The notes: generated from the letters alone by a model not told the origin. Shown: positions 54,681 to 64,000, counted from the stretch's first letter. The stretch: DNA of 64,000 bases from Candidatus Oxydemutatoraceae bacterium (GCA_965220085.1 CBDCOZ010000003.1:96001-160000), one strand, 5' to 3'. Program-made: numbers and translations.

Positions 54681-55058
54681 TCCATAAACTGTTTGTGAAT
54701 TGTTTAGTGCTGTGTGCTCTGCCACAAAGTGCGAGTCATTTACAAAAGCTGAGTTGTGCATTGTTTCCCTCATTTAGTGTACTCTGCCACAAAGCTAAGT
54801 CATTTGCAAGTATCGGTATTTCCTTCTGTCTGGCGAATGTAATTTATAACGAGTGTCGTACTATACCACAGCGCAAGCCATTTGCAAGCGCCTTGTTGTC
54901 AAATATCGCCGACCACCTCCGGCGGGCGGTTGCGGCGGCGTTGCCGATGTGCTGATATTGCCTGCCGTGTGGATACAAGAAATCCATAGTGTTTCTGGCA
55001 TTATGCGCCTCACCTCCCTTGTGCGCCCATAACACTTCGTCTCTTGCGGGTACTCGCG

Positions 55059-56343
55059 CTATCGCAACGGGCCTTCCAGGAAGAGGCGCAGCCGCAAGCG
55101 CAGGCCCGCATTCGTCACACGGGCGGGGATGGAGCAGAGCGGCCCCTCTGACGCCGGGGTTGGGTGGCTGTCCATAAAGCGGACGCAGAAGCGCAGATAT
55201 TGGCCCGCCAAAGCCTGGGTGGGCGTGAATGTGATGTCGTCCGCACTTGCTATGGCGGTAAAAGTGCCCTCAGCAGTGGCCGATGACTGCCACTCCCACA
55301 TAAAGGTGTCGCGGTCTATGCCGTTGGGTTCTTCTATGCCGATGTTGGTGGCGGCCAGCTGGACACCCACTATATAAGCGGGGCTTTCGGCGGTGATGGC
55401 CGGGGTTGTGGTGGGGTTGCCAGTGGCGGCGGTCTGGACCAGTGCCATCACCTGAGCAGGGACGGAGCAGAGCGGCCCCTCTGACGCCGGGGTTGGGTGG
55501 CGGTCCATGAAGCGGACGCAGAAGCGCAGATATTGGCCCACCAGAGCCTGGGTGGGCGTGAATGTGATGGCGGTCGCGCCTGTTATGGCGGTGAATGTGC
55601 CGTCGCTGGTGGCGGATGACTGCCATTCCCACATCAGGGTGCTACGGTTTATGCCGTTGGGCTCGACTATGCGGTTGGTGGTGGCGGTCAGCCGGACACC
55701 CACCATATAAGCGGGGCTTTCGGCGGTGATGGCCGGGATTGTGGTGGGGTTGCCGGTGGCGGCGGTCTGGGCCGGCGCCACCAGGCGGATATTGATTTGC
55801 ACAGTGTTGGAGCTGACCGTTTCGCCGCTGCCATCGTCCTGTACCGAGAACCTCATTATGCCATAGTGCCCGGTGAAAGAGGGGTTGTCGGGGTCGCTGG
55901 GCTCCTGGCCCGGCTCCGGGTAATAGGTCAGGGCGCCGGCAGCCAGCTGGGCCACGGTTATGGGGTTTTCAGGCACGGCGGTCAGCGCTGTGCCGTTCAG
56001 CGACAGGGTGCCCCTCAGGGTGCTGGTGTTGCCCGATACATGCGGCAACGTTCTTATGATGACAGCGGCCAGCACATCGCCATCGGCATCGGTGAGCGGA
56101 AAGTCCGTGCCCTTGAATACATATGGGTTGGCGGCATCGGCGGCAGTGCTCACGAAGATCGCATTGGAGGATGCTATCGGCCGGGCTTGGGCCCGGGCGG
56201 TCGGGTCTGCGTTGCCGTGCGGTTGGGTATCGGCTTGGGCGAATAAGGCGAGCAGGCAGAGCAGGAGGCCGGTCGCTATCCTATGGTTTCGGACGCGCGC
56301 ACAGGGGGGGGGGGGGGGTAGTATTAAAAATCTGTCTATTCAT
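55059..56343 (-). CDS. Secreted cadherin/Ig-like tagged protein with duplicated Ig module, out of frame at C15 (56304-56318)
   Basis: RBS AGGAG; ATG 56343 (MNRQIFNTT); signal CARVRNHRIATGLLLCLLALFAQA in the main frame; ends in the tag. Confidence 0.8.
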
Positions 56344-56804
56344 ATCTATTTCTCCTATGGCAGTCTGTCTCCAGAGCAAATGCAATTATACGGCATATGT
56401 GCGCAAACAACCATTTAATGAGTCACGGTAATAAGACCCACAAACAACTTTGTTGTTTGTGGGTCTTTCATGGGAACACAAACGATATTTAATTATTTGT
56501 GGTTTCTTAAGTTGTAGCGCTCCATCAACTGTTTGTGAATTGTTTGGCGCTGTGTGCTCTGCCACAAAGTGCGAGTCATTTACAAAAGCTGAGTTGTTCA
56601 TTGTTTCCCTCATTTAGCGTACTCTGCCACAAAGCTAAGTCATTTGCAAGTGTCGGTATCTCCTTCTGTCTGGCGAATGAATGCCGTACTATACCACAAA
56701 GCGCAAGTCATACAACAATCCACAAAGTGCGGGTCACCGCAAGCGTATTCTGTCTCATCCCTTGTGCGCCCATAACACTTCGTCTCTTGCCGCAGGCGCT
56801 CGCG

Positions 56805-57713
56805 CTATCGCAGAGGGCCTTCAAGGAAGAGGCGCAACCGCAAGCGCAGGTTCCCGCCACTAGCCACACGGGCGGGGACGGAGCAGAGCGGCCCCTCCTG
56901 CATCGGGGTTGGGTGGCGGTCCATAAAACTGACGCAGAAGCGCAGATATTGGCCCGCCAGGGCTTGGGTGGGCGTGAATGTGATGGCGGTCGCGCCTGTT
57001 ATGGCGGTGAATGTGCCGTCGTCGCTGGTGGCGGATGACCGCCATTCCCACATCAGGGTGTCGCGGTTTATGTTGTTGGGTTCGTCTATGCCGCTGGTGG
57101 TGGCGGTCAGCCGAGCGCCCACGATATAGGCGGGGTTTTCGGCGGTGATGAGCGGTTGCGTGGTGGGGTTGCCGCTGGCGGCGACCTGGGCCGGCGCCAC
57201 CAGGCGAATGTGCATATCGGCAGTGGCGGAGCTGATGGCGTTGTCGCTGCTATCGTCTGCCACCTTGAACCGAAATCCAGTGTAGCGGGCTTCGGTAGTA
57301 ATGTCGTCAGGATCACTGGGTTCCTGACCCGGCGCTGGGTAATAGGTCAGGGCGCCGGCAACCAGTTGAGCCGCGGTGATGGGGTTTTCAGGCACGGCGG
57401 TCAGCGCTGTGCCATCCAAGGCCATGGTGCCAGTGGATGGCAGCCTGCTTATGATGACACTGCCCAGCATATCGCCATCGTCGGCATCGCTGAACGGAAA
57501 GTCGGATACCTTGAACACAAATGGGGTATCGGCATCGGCGGCGGTGCTTACAAGAACTGTGTTGGAAGAGGTTAGCGGCCGGGCTTGGGCCCGGGCGGTC
57601 GGGTCTGCGTTGCTGTGCGGTTGGGCGCTGCGCGCTTGGGTCGCTACAACAACGAACAAGCAAAGCAGGCCGGCTGTTATCTGGCGGGCATGGGCGTTTT
57701 GGCGGTTTGACAT
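56805..57713 (-). CDS. Secreted cadherin/Ig-like tagged protein, no poly-C
   Basis: RBS AGGAG; MSNRQNAHARQITAGLLCLFVVVATQA; ends NLRLRLRLFLEGPLR. Confidence 0.85.
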   Translation of the reverse strand: MSNRQNAHARQITAGLLCLFVVVATQARSAQPHSNADPTARAQARPLTSSNTVLVSTAADADTPFVFKVSDFPFSDADDGDMLGSVIISRLPSTGTMALDGTALTAVPENPITAAQLVAGALTYYPAPGQEPSDPDDITTEARYTGFRFKVADDSSDNAISSATADMHIRLVAPAQVAASGNPTTQPLITAENPAYIVGARLTATTSGIDEPNNINRDTLMWEWRSSATSDDGTFTAITGATAITFTPTQALAGQYLRFCVSFMDRHPTPMQEGPLCSVPARVASGGNLRLRLRLFLEGPLR

Positions 57714-57732
57714 AGGGCTCCTGATGGCGGCG

Positions 57733-58209
57733 CTAGTAGGAGACGCCGGCTTGTTCCAGCATGTAGTCAACCGTCGCTTTTATCGCATCATCGGAGAGGT
57801 CGGCGCGTCCGGCTTTGGGCGGCATATTGCCGCGACCCGCTATCGCCGATTGGTACATCGCCTCGAGGTCGCGCTCTTTCATCCGCGCAAGCCACGCGGC
57901 TTTGTCGGTCAACTTGGGCGATTCCAGCACGCCGCTCAGGTGGCAGGCTTGGCAGACCGATTGATAGATCGCTTCCGGCGTCATGTCGGCTTTTGCCGTC
58001 GCTGTCGGAGTTTCCGTTACGGCGCCGACCTCTCCCACATTGACGCGGGAAATCGGTTTGATACGTTCTTTCGTCGCGTGCAACAGAGCGGCATCGGTTT
58101 CGCGATGGCTTTCGGATAACGCCGTTGCGATGATGAAAATGATGACCGCTATCAGAACGAGACCGGCCAATATGGCGCCGAAATAATTGAGAAATTCTTG
58201 ATCTTTCAT
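57733..58209 (-). CDS. Membrane-anchored cytochrome c5
   Basis: N-terminal TM helix, ERIKP, CQACH heme motif and MPPK axial Met. Confidence 0.9.
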   Translation of the reverse strand: MKDQEFLNYFGAILAGLVLIAVIIFIIATALSESHRETDAALLHATKERIKPISRVNVGEVGAVTETPTATAKADMTPEAIYQSVCQACHLSGVLESPKLTDKAAWLARMKERDLEAMYQSAIAGRGNMPPKAGRADLSDDAIKATVDYMLEQAGVSY

Positions 58210-58257
58210 TTTTTAACCCTTTCAAATTTTGCGGGAAAGCGCCCCGCAAACAAACCG

Positions 58258-60015
58258 CTATTCCTTCCGCGCTCCGAGAGATGCGCAACTGCTGGCGCAC
58301 ATTTTACCACCGATCGGTGCCGAACATAATCGCGGCGCTCTTTCCCTGTCGGCGCGGCGGTTGAAGCGCTCCAGCATGCGCTCGCGCACAGCGGGCAATG
58401 CGGTTGCCAAATCGTGTTCCTCTTTCAAGTCCGCGCTGACATCGTAGAGACGCAACCGCCGGTGTTTGCAACCGTCGTTCGCCGCGATAATCAGTTTGTA
58501 GTCGCCGTCGATCAGTCCTCTGTCATACGGCAGCGGAATCTGTCGCCGGGCGAGGTCGCGGCCCTCTATCAGGGGCAACAGGCTGACGCCATCCGACGGT
58601 TTTTGATTGTCGGGCCGGATGCCGAGGATGTCGGTGATCGTCGGGTACTGGTCGAGTCCCGAAACCGGTTGCGTAATCACGCGGCGCTCTTTGATGACGC
58701 CGGGCCATTCCAGAATCGCCGGCACCCGAAGCCCGCCCTCCATGACGCTTGCCTTGCCTCCCCGCAGGGCCGAATGCAGTCCGCGCGCTTCGGGCGCGCC
58801 GTTGTCGCTTGAGAACCATATCAGCGTGTTGTCGGCGATGCCCATCGCGCGCAGCGACTGGCGCAGCCGGTCGATCTGGCGATCCATCGCATACAACGAC
58901 AGGTTGAAATTCCGCTGCAAGAAGAACAGCACTTTCAACTTGTCCCAAAAGCGCAGCGGCGGCGCCGACGATTGTGCGTGAGCGGGCGCTATCAGCCTCT
59001 CGATCTTTTTGAATGCGCGGTAGACGAAAAAGTTTATCAGCGGCAGGATGGCAAAACTGCTTGTCAGGTAACGACGTTCCGCCTCGTTGCTGCCCGCGAG
59101 CATTTGCGGGTCGCCTCTGAGCGGCGTGTGCGGGGTGTGAAACCATATCACGGCTAAAAACGGCTGTTCGCGTTGCGCGGCCTCCGCTATGAACGACAGC
59201 GCTTTGTCGGTGATGATTTGCGCCGTGCTGCCTTGCATCTGATCCAATGCCATCCGCGTGCCTTCGTGACCGTCAATGGGCTTGTCCCAGAATGAGAGGC
59301 CGTAATAATGCGGGTCGCTCACCGATTGCGGCAAGGGGGAATGCGCGTGGCGGCGGGCGGGGTCAAATGTCGGCAAGTTGCCATACGCGCTTGAGGCCGT
59401 ATCAAACCCGTTTTGCCATGGCGGCGAGTAGGGCGGCTTGTATCCGATGCCGAAAGGCCGGCGCAAGCCGGATGTGTGTTCCTTCCTTTGGTCTTCGCGG
59501 GAGACATGGCCGAGATGCCATTTGCCGAAGTGTCCGGTCAGGTAGCCGGCGGCCTTCAGGGTTTCCGCGATGGTCGTCTCGCTCATCGGGAATGCGCCGT
59601 GGTTGTAACGCATGCCATACCTGCCGGGTTCTCTTCCGGTCAGGTAGCCGGCTCTGCTCGCGCGGCAGGTGCTGGCGGGCGCGTAGAAGCGATCAAAGAC
59701 GATGCCGTTTGCGGCCATCTCATCGAGCGTCGGGGTCACGGGGTGGGCGTGGCCTCTGCCGACGCGCGTTTTGTTGTAGCCGATGTCATCCCAGCCCTGG
59801 TCGTCGGACAGGATGAGGACGATGTTCGGTTTGCGGTAGCGCGCGGGCAGTTCGTTCAAAGAGAAGGGTGTGACGGATGTCTGTTCGGGTTGCGCCGCGA
59901 GCATCCACGTGCCGGGGTAGGGCGGTTGCAAGAGCCAATCCAGCGCCCATGCCAGCGCGAACAGCAACAATGCGCCGGCGGACAGAAAAGCCGTGATTCG
60001 AAATGCGCGCTTCAT
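58258..60015 (-). CDS. Arylsulfatase-family (formylglycine) sulfatase
   Basis: PNIVLILSDDQG, C.ASRA..LTG, GKWHLG, SDNG and EGGLRVP. Confidence 0.9.
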   Translation of the reverse strand: MKRAFRITAFLSAGALLLFALAWALDWLLQPPYPGTWMLAAQPEQTSVTPFSLNELPARYRKPNIVLILSDDQGWDDIGYNKTRVGRGHAHPVTPTLDEMAANGIVFDRFYAPASTCRASRAGYLTGREPGRYGMRYNHGAFPMSETTIAETLKAAGYLTGHFGKWHLGHVSREDQRKEHTSGLRRPFGIGYKPPYSPPWQNGFDTASSAYGNLPTFDPARRHAHSPLPQSVSDPHYYGLSFWDKPIDGHEGTRMALDQMQGSTAQIITDKALSFIAEAAQREQPFLAVIWFHTPHTPLRGDPQMLAGSNEAERRYLTSSFAILPLINFFVYRAFKKIERLIAPAHAQSSAPPLRFWDKLKVLFFLQRNFNLSLYAMDRQIDRLRQSLRAMGIADNTLIWFSSDNGAPEARGLHSALRGGKASVMEGGLRVPAILEWPGVIKERRVITQPVSGLDQYPTITDILGIRPDNQKPSDGVSLLPLIEGRDLARRQIPLPYDRGLIDGDYKLIIAANDGCKHRRLRLYDVSADLKEEHDLATALPAVRERMLERFNRRADRERAPRLCSAPIGGKMCASSCASLGARKE

Positions 60016-60165
60016 GTAATGCGGCGCGGCGGCGGGCTGTGCGGATGGCGTTGATGCGATGACATAGCGCCATTATAGCGAATAATTCGCGCGCTTTATC
60101 CGGCAAATACCGCCGTACGGCCACTGCGGCGCTTGCGCGCGCGGCAATGCCCCGATGATTGCGGC

Positions 60166-60696
60166 ATGAAAAAGCATTGTGGTTTGACGATGATTGAGCT
60201 GTTGGTCGTTATGGCGCTGACAGTCGGGCTGATACTTGCCGCGAGCACGACACATCAATCGTGGGTGCGCGAGCGGGTGATGGCAAATACGGCGGAGGCG
60301 TTGTTGCAGGGGTTGCGCTTTGCGAGAAACCACGCGCTGGCGACCCATGCCCGCACCGTTGTGTGCCCGCGCACCGAGAGCGGCGCCTGCGGCGACGACA
60401 ATTACGAAGCGGGTTGGTTTGTCTTCGCAGAGTCGCCCGGCAACGAAAACGGCGAGATAGATTCGGGCGAGCGTATATTGCAGAGTTTCGTGCTGGAGCC
60501 CGGCGACATCACGATTCGCTCTAATAACTTCACTGAGTTCATCGCCTTTGCCCCCGGCAGAGGTACGAGCACGGCCGGTCGCTTTGTGCTGTGCCGAGGC
60601 GGGGAGACCGACGGTGCGCGGCTGGTCGTTGTCAGCAACACCGGCAGGGCGCGTCTGGCAAAGAACGACGGCGACGACCCGAGTTGTCTCCTCTGA
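60166..60696 (+). CDS. fimT: Type IV minor pilin, FimT/GspH family
   Basis: Class III signal G|LTMIELLVVM, AR..A and C-terminal GR.R. Confidence 0.85.
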   Translation: MKKHCGLTMIELLVVMALTVGLILAASTTHQSWVRERVMANTAEALLQGLRFARNHALATHARTVVCPRTESGACGDDNYEAGWFVFAESPGNENGEIDSGERILQSFVLEPGDITIRSNNFTEFIAFAPGRGTSTAGRFVLCRGGETDGARLVVVSNTGRARLAKNDGDDPSCLL

Positions 60697-61030
60697 ACTT
60701 TTCTTGCGAAGGCTTTTACCTATGCGTTTGACTTTGGGATATCTGATGACTGCTGGCCGCCATCGCTCTTGCGTCCTTTGGTCTGTTCGGTTTTGTCAAA
60801 GTGCAACACCGAGGCGGGGAGACCGACGGCTCGCGGCTGGTCGTTGTCAGCAACACCGGCAGGGCGCATCTGGCAAAGAACGACGGCGACGACCCGAGTT
60901 GTCTCCTCTGAACTTTTCTTGCGAAGGCTTTTACCTATGCGCTTGACTCTGGGATATCTGATGATGGAGTTGCTGGCCGCCATCGCTCTTGCGTCCTTTG
61001 GTCTGTTCGGTTTTGTCAAAGTGCAACACC
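60594..61030 (+). repeat. 216-bp tandem duplication of the fimT-end/pilV-start junction
   Basis: ATGCG(T/C)TTGACT(T/C)TGGGATATCTG at 60722 and 60938. The first pilV start copy is degraded. Confidence 0.85.
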
Positions 61031-61413
61031 TGAGCGTCGCCACCGAATACGATTTGATCATGCACATAGAAGGAAACATGTTGCTCTCTGAAATGGAGGA
61101 CTTCATCAACAACACGGCTTTGTGTCCGGATCTGTCCGCCGTGCCGGAGAACGCTTCCGGCGCGGTTGATTGTGCGAACCAATCCTGCAGCGAGTGGGAA
61201 TTTACGGCTTTTCAATTTGCGCTGTGGCAATGCCGGGTCGGGATGCGGTCCGAAGATGCGGCGGTTTGTGATGACGGCAAGTACCGCTTGCCGCGCAAGG
61301 CGAAGCTGTCCGTCAGCTCGGCAGGCGATCAGTTTACGCTTGAATTGGAATGGAGCGGCAGCGGCGGGCAGGTGAAGATATCGCGGACTATGCGCTCCCG
61401 TTGCGGTTCGTAA
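60938..61413 (+). CDS. Putative PilV-like minor pilin
   Basis: G|YLMMELLAAIAL..FG..G prepilin-like N-terminus and C....C...E.....W; follows fimT. Confidence 0.7.
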
Positions 61414-61550
61414 TCGGACAGGTCGCTTGCGGTGCGCCCGCGCACCGCTTAGCCCGCATCTATGTCGGCACACCCAATCGGTCAAACTTTTGCGGAGCTA
61501 AGCCGCGCAAGCCGTGCGCTTGCAGGGTGCCGGCAACTCAAGCAAAGCCT

Positions 61551-61595
61551 TGCAAGTTGCCGTTGCGCCTTTTCCCGGAAGGCCCGTTGCGGTAG
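61551..61595 (+). pseudogene. Degenerate orphan tag (KLPLRLFPEGPLR*) opening array 4
   Basis: The following ~330 bp are nearly identical to the sequence after 63202. Confidence 0.75.
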
Positions 61596-61819
61596 CGCGA
61601 GCGCGAGCGCCCTGCGGCGGAGCAGGGGGTATTATGGGGCGCACACAAGGGGAGTGAGGCAAGATACAAAGGCACTTGCGAATGATCGAATGTGTGGTAT
61701 AGTGCGACATCCTATTGGCGCAAGTGCGCATGAAACTTGCGGATGACCGAATGTGTGGTATAGTGCGAGACTCATAAGCAACCATATTCGCTGACCACAA
61801 GCTATAAGGAGTAATAGAT

Positions 61820-63202
61820 ATGAACAAACAAATTACTAATACCGCCCTTCAGAAAAGCGACCAAACGTGTCGCGCTCTTCTATGCAGAGCTATGAATAGA
61901 CAAATTATTAATATCACCCCCCCCCCCCCTACTGCGCTTAGAATTTGTGCGGCGGTAATACTCGCCTGCGCATTCGCAAACAGCGCGTACGCGCAAACCG
62001 AATGTGCGGCGGACAAGCCATTGATGAACGAAGGCGTGTGCGTTGCCAGTTGTCCGTCGGGACGGGAAGCTGTTCGCGGAACTTGCTACGCTGTCTGCGC
62101 AGCGGGGGAGACGCGAGTCACGCACCCGAACCGCGTCCCGGTTAACACCGGATGCTTTGCCGATGCCACGGCCAAAATGCTGAGCGATTGCGAAGCCGCG
62201 GGATGGGGGAGTCGGACGGCTATCTTGTTGGATTTCTTCCAACTCGGAACGGGCTGTCTGATTCCCTCAAGACAGGTGGGCCACGGGTCCTCGGATGCGT
62301 GCAACACCAATTTGGGAAGAGCTCCGTTCTGCACGGATGTGTACGGCGCCCCGCCGGTTTTTCCGAAAGCGGCGGACCATACCGATGTCACCGCCTCTTC
62401 CGGAAAAACCTTTGTCGCAAACTGCAACCGAGACGGGACTGTCCCCGGCGGTTATCCGCCGAACCACAACTTGAACGGCGAAACCGAATGCGCATGCAAT
62501 CGGGATTCGCACGTCGGCGACTGGCCGGACTGCGCGGCCTTTCCGGTCAGTCTGACGGCGGCGGATAGGGCGATGGCGCGGACATGTGTGGCGCGAGGGT
62601 GGAGTATTTCCACCGCCACCGCCGCCTCTATCAAATGCGAAGTTCCGCTGACCTCCGGCGAGGATACTTTTGACGGGTGCTTTCTCGGCGGTCAGGATTC
62701 GCCGCTGTGCGCGGATGTTTTTGGCGCGGGGTTCGCCCTGCCGGCAAGGGAGGTTCCGCAGTTGGTTTTGAATCTTGCCAACGCCTTTGACGCAAAGCTT
62801 AGCGCACAGCTTGGCGATGTTGTCAGAGCCGCCGCGCCGGTTTACGCGGAGGCGGTATGGGCGCGACACAACGGCGATCCGAATTATGCGGACGGCCCTA
62901 TCAACAACCACAACAGCAACAGCGATGCCGACAAAAGCAACATTGCCGTTCAGGTTGCGGCTCCGGTTTTCACGGCGCATGGAATTCCTTTTAACTGGGG
63001 GCTGGATGTCTCGCGGATTCCGGCTGCGATTCGGTTGGCGTACAGTCGTATTCCGGTGGCGGTGCCGTATGTTTTCAATTGCGGGGAGGGCATGTTTCCG
63101 ACAACGGTCAACACTTACGGCGCGACGGCATGCGCTGCCACCGACCCGCGCATGCGCTTGCGGCTACGGCTGCGCATCTTTCTGGAAGGCCCGCTGCGGT
63201 AG
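61820..63202 (+). CDS. Secreted Cys-rich tagged protein (460 aa), C13 in frame
   Basis: RBS AGGAGT; leader ...MNRQIINITPPPP; signal ending AYAQ; paralogue of 12139. Confidence 0.85.
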   Translation: MNKQITNTALQKSDQTCRALLCRAMNRQIINITPPPPTALRICAAVILACAFANSAYAQTECAADKPLMNEGVCVASCPSGREAVRGTCYAVCAAGETRVTHPNRVPVNTGCFADATAKMLSDCEAAGWGSRTAILLDFFQLGTGCLIPSRQVGHGSSDACNTNLGRAPFCTDVYGAPPVFPKAADHTDVTASSGKTFVANCNRDGTVPGGYPPNHNLNGETECACNRDSHVGDWPDCAAFPVSLTAADRAMARTCVARGWSISTATAASIKCEVPLTSGEDTFDGCFLGGQDSPLCADVFGAGFALPAREVPQLVLNLANAFDAKLSAQLGDVVRAAAPVYAEAVWARHNGDPNYADGPINNHNSNSDADKSNIAVQVAAPVFTAHGIPFNWGLDVSRIPAAIRLAYSRIPVAVPYVFNCGEGMFPTTVNTYGATACAATDPRMRLRLRLRIFLEGPLR

Positions 63203-63426
63203 CGCGAGCGCGAGCGCCCTGCGGCGGAGCAGGGGGTATTATGGGGCGCACACAAGGGGAGTGAGGCAAGATACAAAGGTGCTTGCGAATGATCGAATTT
63301 ATGGTATAGTGCGACATCCTATTGGCGCAAGTGCGCATGAAACTTGCGGATGACTGAATTTGTGATATAGTGCGAGACTCATAAGCAACCATATTCGCTG
63401 GCCACAAGCTATAAGGAGTAATAGAT

Positions 63427-64000
63427 ATGAACAAACAAATTACTAATACCGCCCTTCAGAAAAGCGACCAAACGTGTCGCGCTCTTCTATGCAGAGCTAT
63501 GAATAGACAAATTATTAATATCACCCCCCCCCCCCCCCCCCCTCCCCTCTGCGCTTAGAATTTGTGCGGCGGTAATACTCGCTTGCGCATTTGCAAACAG
63601 CGCGTACGCGCAAACCGAATGTGCGGCGGACAAGCCGCTGATGAACGAAGGCGTGTGCGTTGCCAGTTGTCCGTCGGGACGGGAAGCTGTTCGCGGAACT
63701 TGCTACGCTGTCTGCGCAGCAGGGGAGACGCGAGTCACGCACCCGAACCGCGTCCCGGTTAACACCGGTTGCTTTGCCAATGCCACGGTTAAAATTCTGA
63801 GGGACTGCGAAACCGCGGGATGGGAGAGTTGGGCGGACATCTTGTCGGATTTCTTTTCGTTGGGGGGAGGATGCCCGATTCCCTCAAATCATGTGGACCA
63901 CGCGTCCGCGAGTGCGTGCAGCACCGATTCGGGATTTGCTCCGTTCTGCACGGATGTGTACGGCGACCCGCCGGTCTTTCCGAAAGCGGCGGACCATCGC
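63427..64000 (+). CDS. Tandem paralogue of 61820, out of frame at C19 (63524-63542); runs off the window
   Basis: Near-identical to the 61820 copy up to about 63790, then diverges. The poly-C region is 10 nt longer, giving a stop at about 63555. Confidence 0.75.

Noticed and set aside
441-64000. Diversity-generating retroelement explaining paralogue variation
   Set aside because: No reverse transcriptase is in the window, and differences are not confined to adenines or to a C-terminal variable repeat.
1-64000. tRNA, rRNA or IS transposase genes
   Set aside because: None recognised by eye; a tRNAscan/ISEScan run would be needed to exclude them fully.

Overview
Bacterial chromosome segment, probably a gammaproteobacterium judged from gene order. 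A housekeeping backbone (lptM-like/lysA/dapF/DUF484/xerC; ubiE-ubiJ...ubiB-uvrD; glyQS-gmhB-ribF-ileS-lspA; selU/selD; nadA; ubiK; catalase; comM; cytochrome c5; sulfatase; fimT/pilV) is interrupted by four arrays (about 0.3-15.7, 28.6-33.4, 53.4-57.7 and 61.5->64 kb) of a paralogous family of secreted proteins. Their bodies fall into unrelated types (Ig/cadherin-like repeats or Cys-rich modules). Almost all share one frame: tandem sigma70-like promoters, an AGGAG RBS, an MNKQIFNTT-type leader, a poly-C tract (C7-C28) inside the 5' coding region, a Sec signal peptide usually ending AQAQ, and an almost invariant C-terminal 14-residue tag LRLRLR(I/L)FLEGPLR-stop. The tag occurs 17 times, including orphan copies, and is conserved through synonymous codon changes. 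The best candidate for an undescribed system is a C-terminal sorting/anchoring signal on a phase-variable, recombining surface-protein repertoire; its cognate machinery is not in this window. Also seen: repeated tandem duplications centred on gene junctions, a decayed restriction-modification island and a frameshifted RelE-type toxin-antitoxin pair. All family assignments are from motif recognition by eye, not database searches. Homopolymer lengths may be sequencing artefacts.
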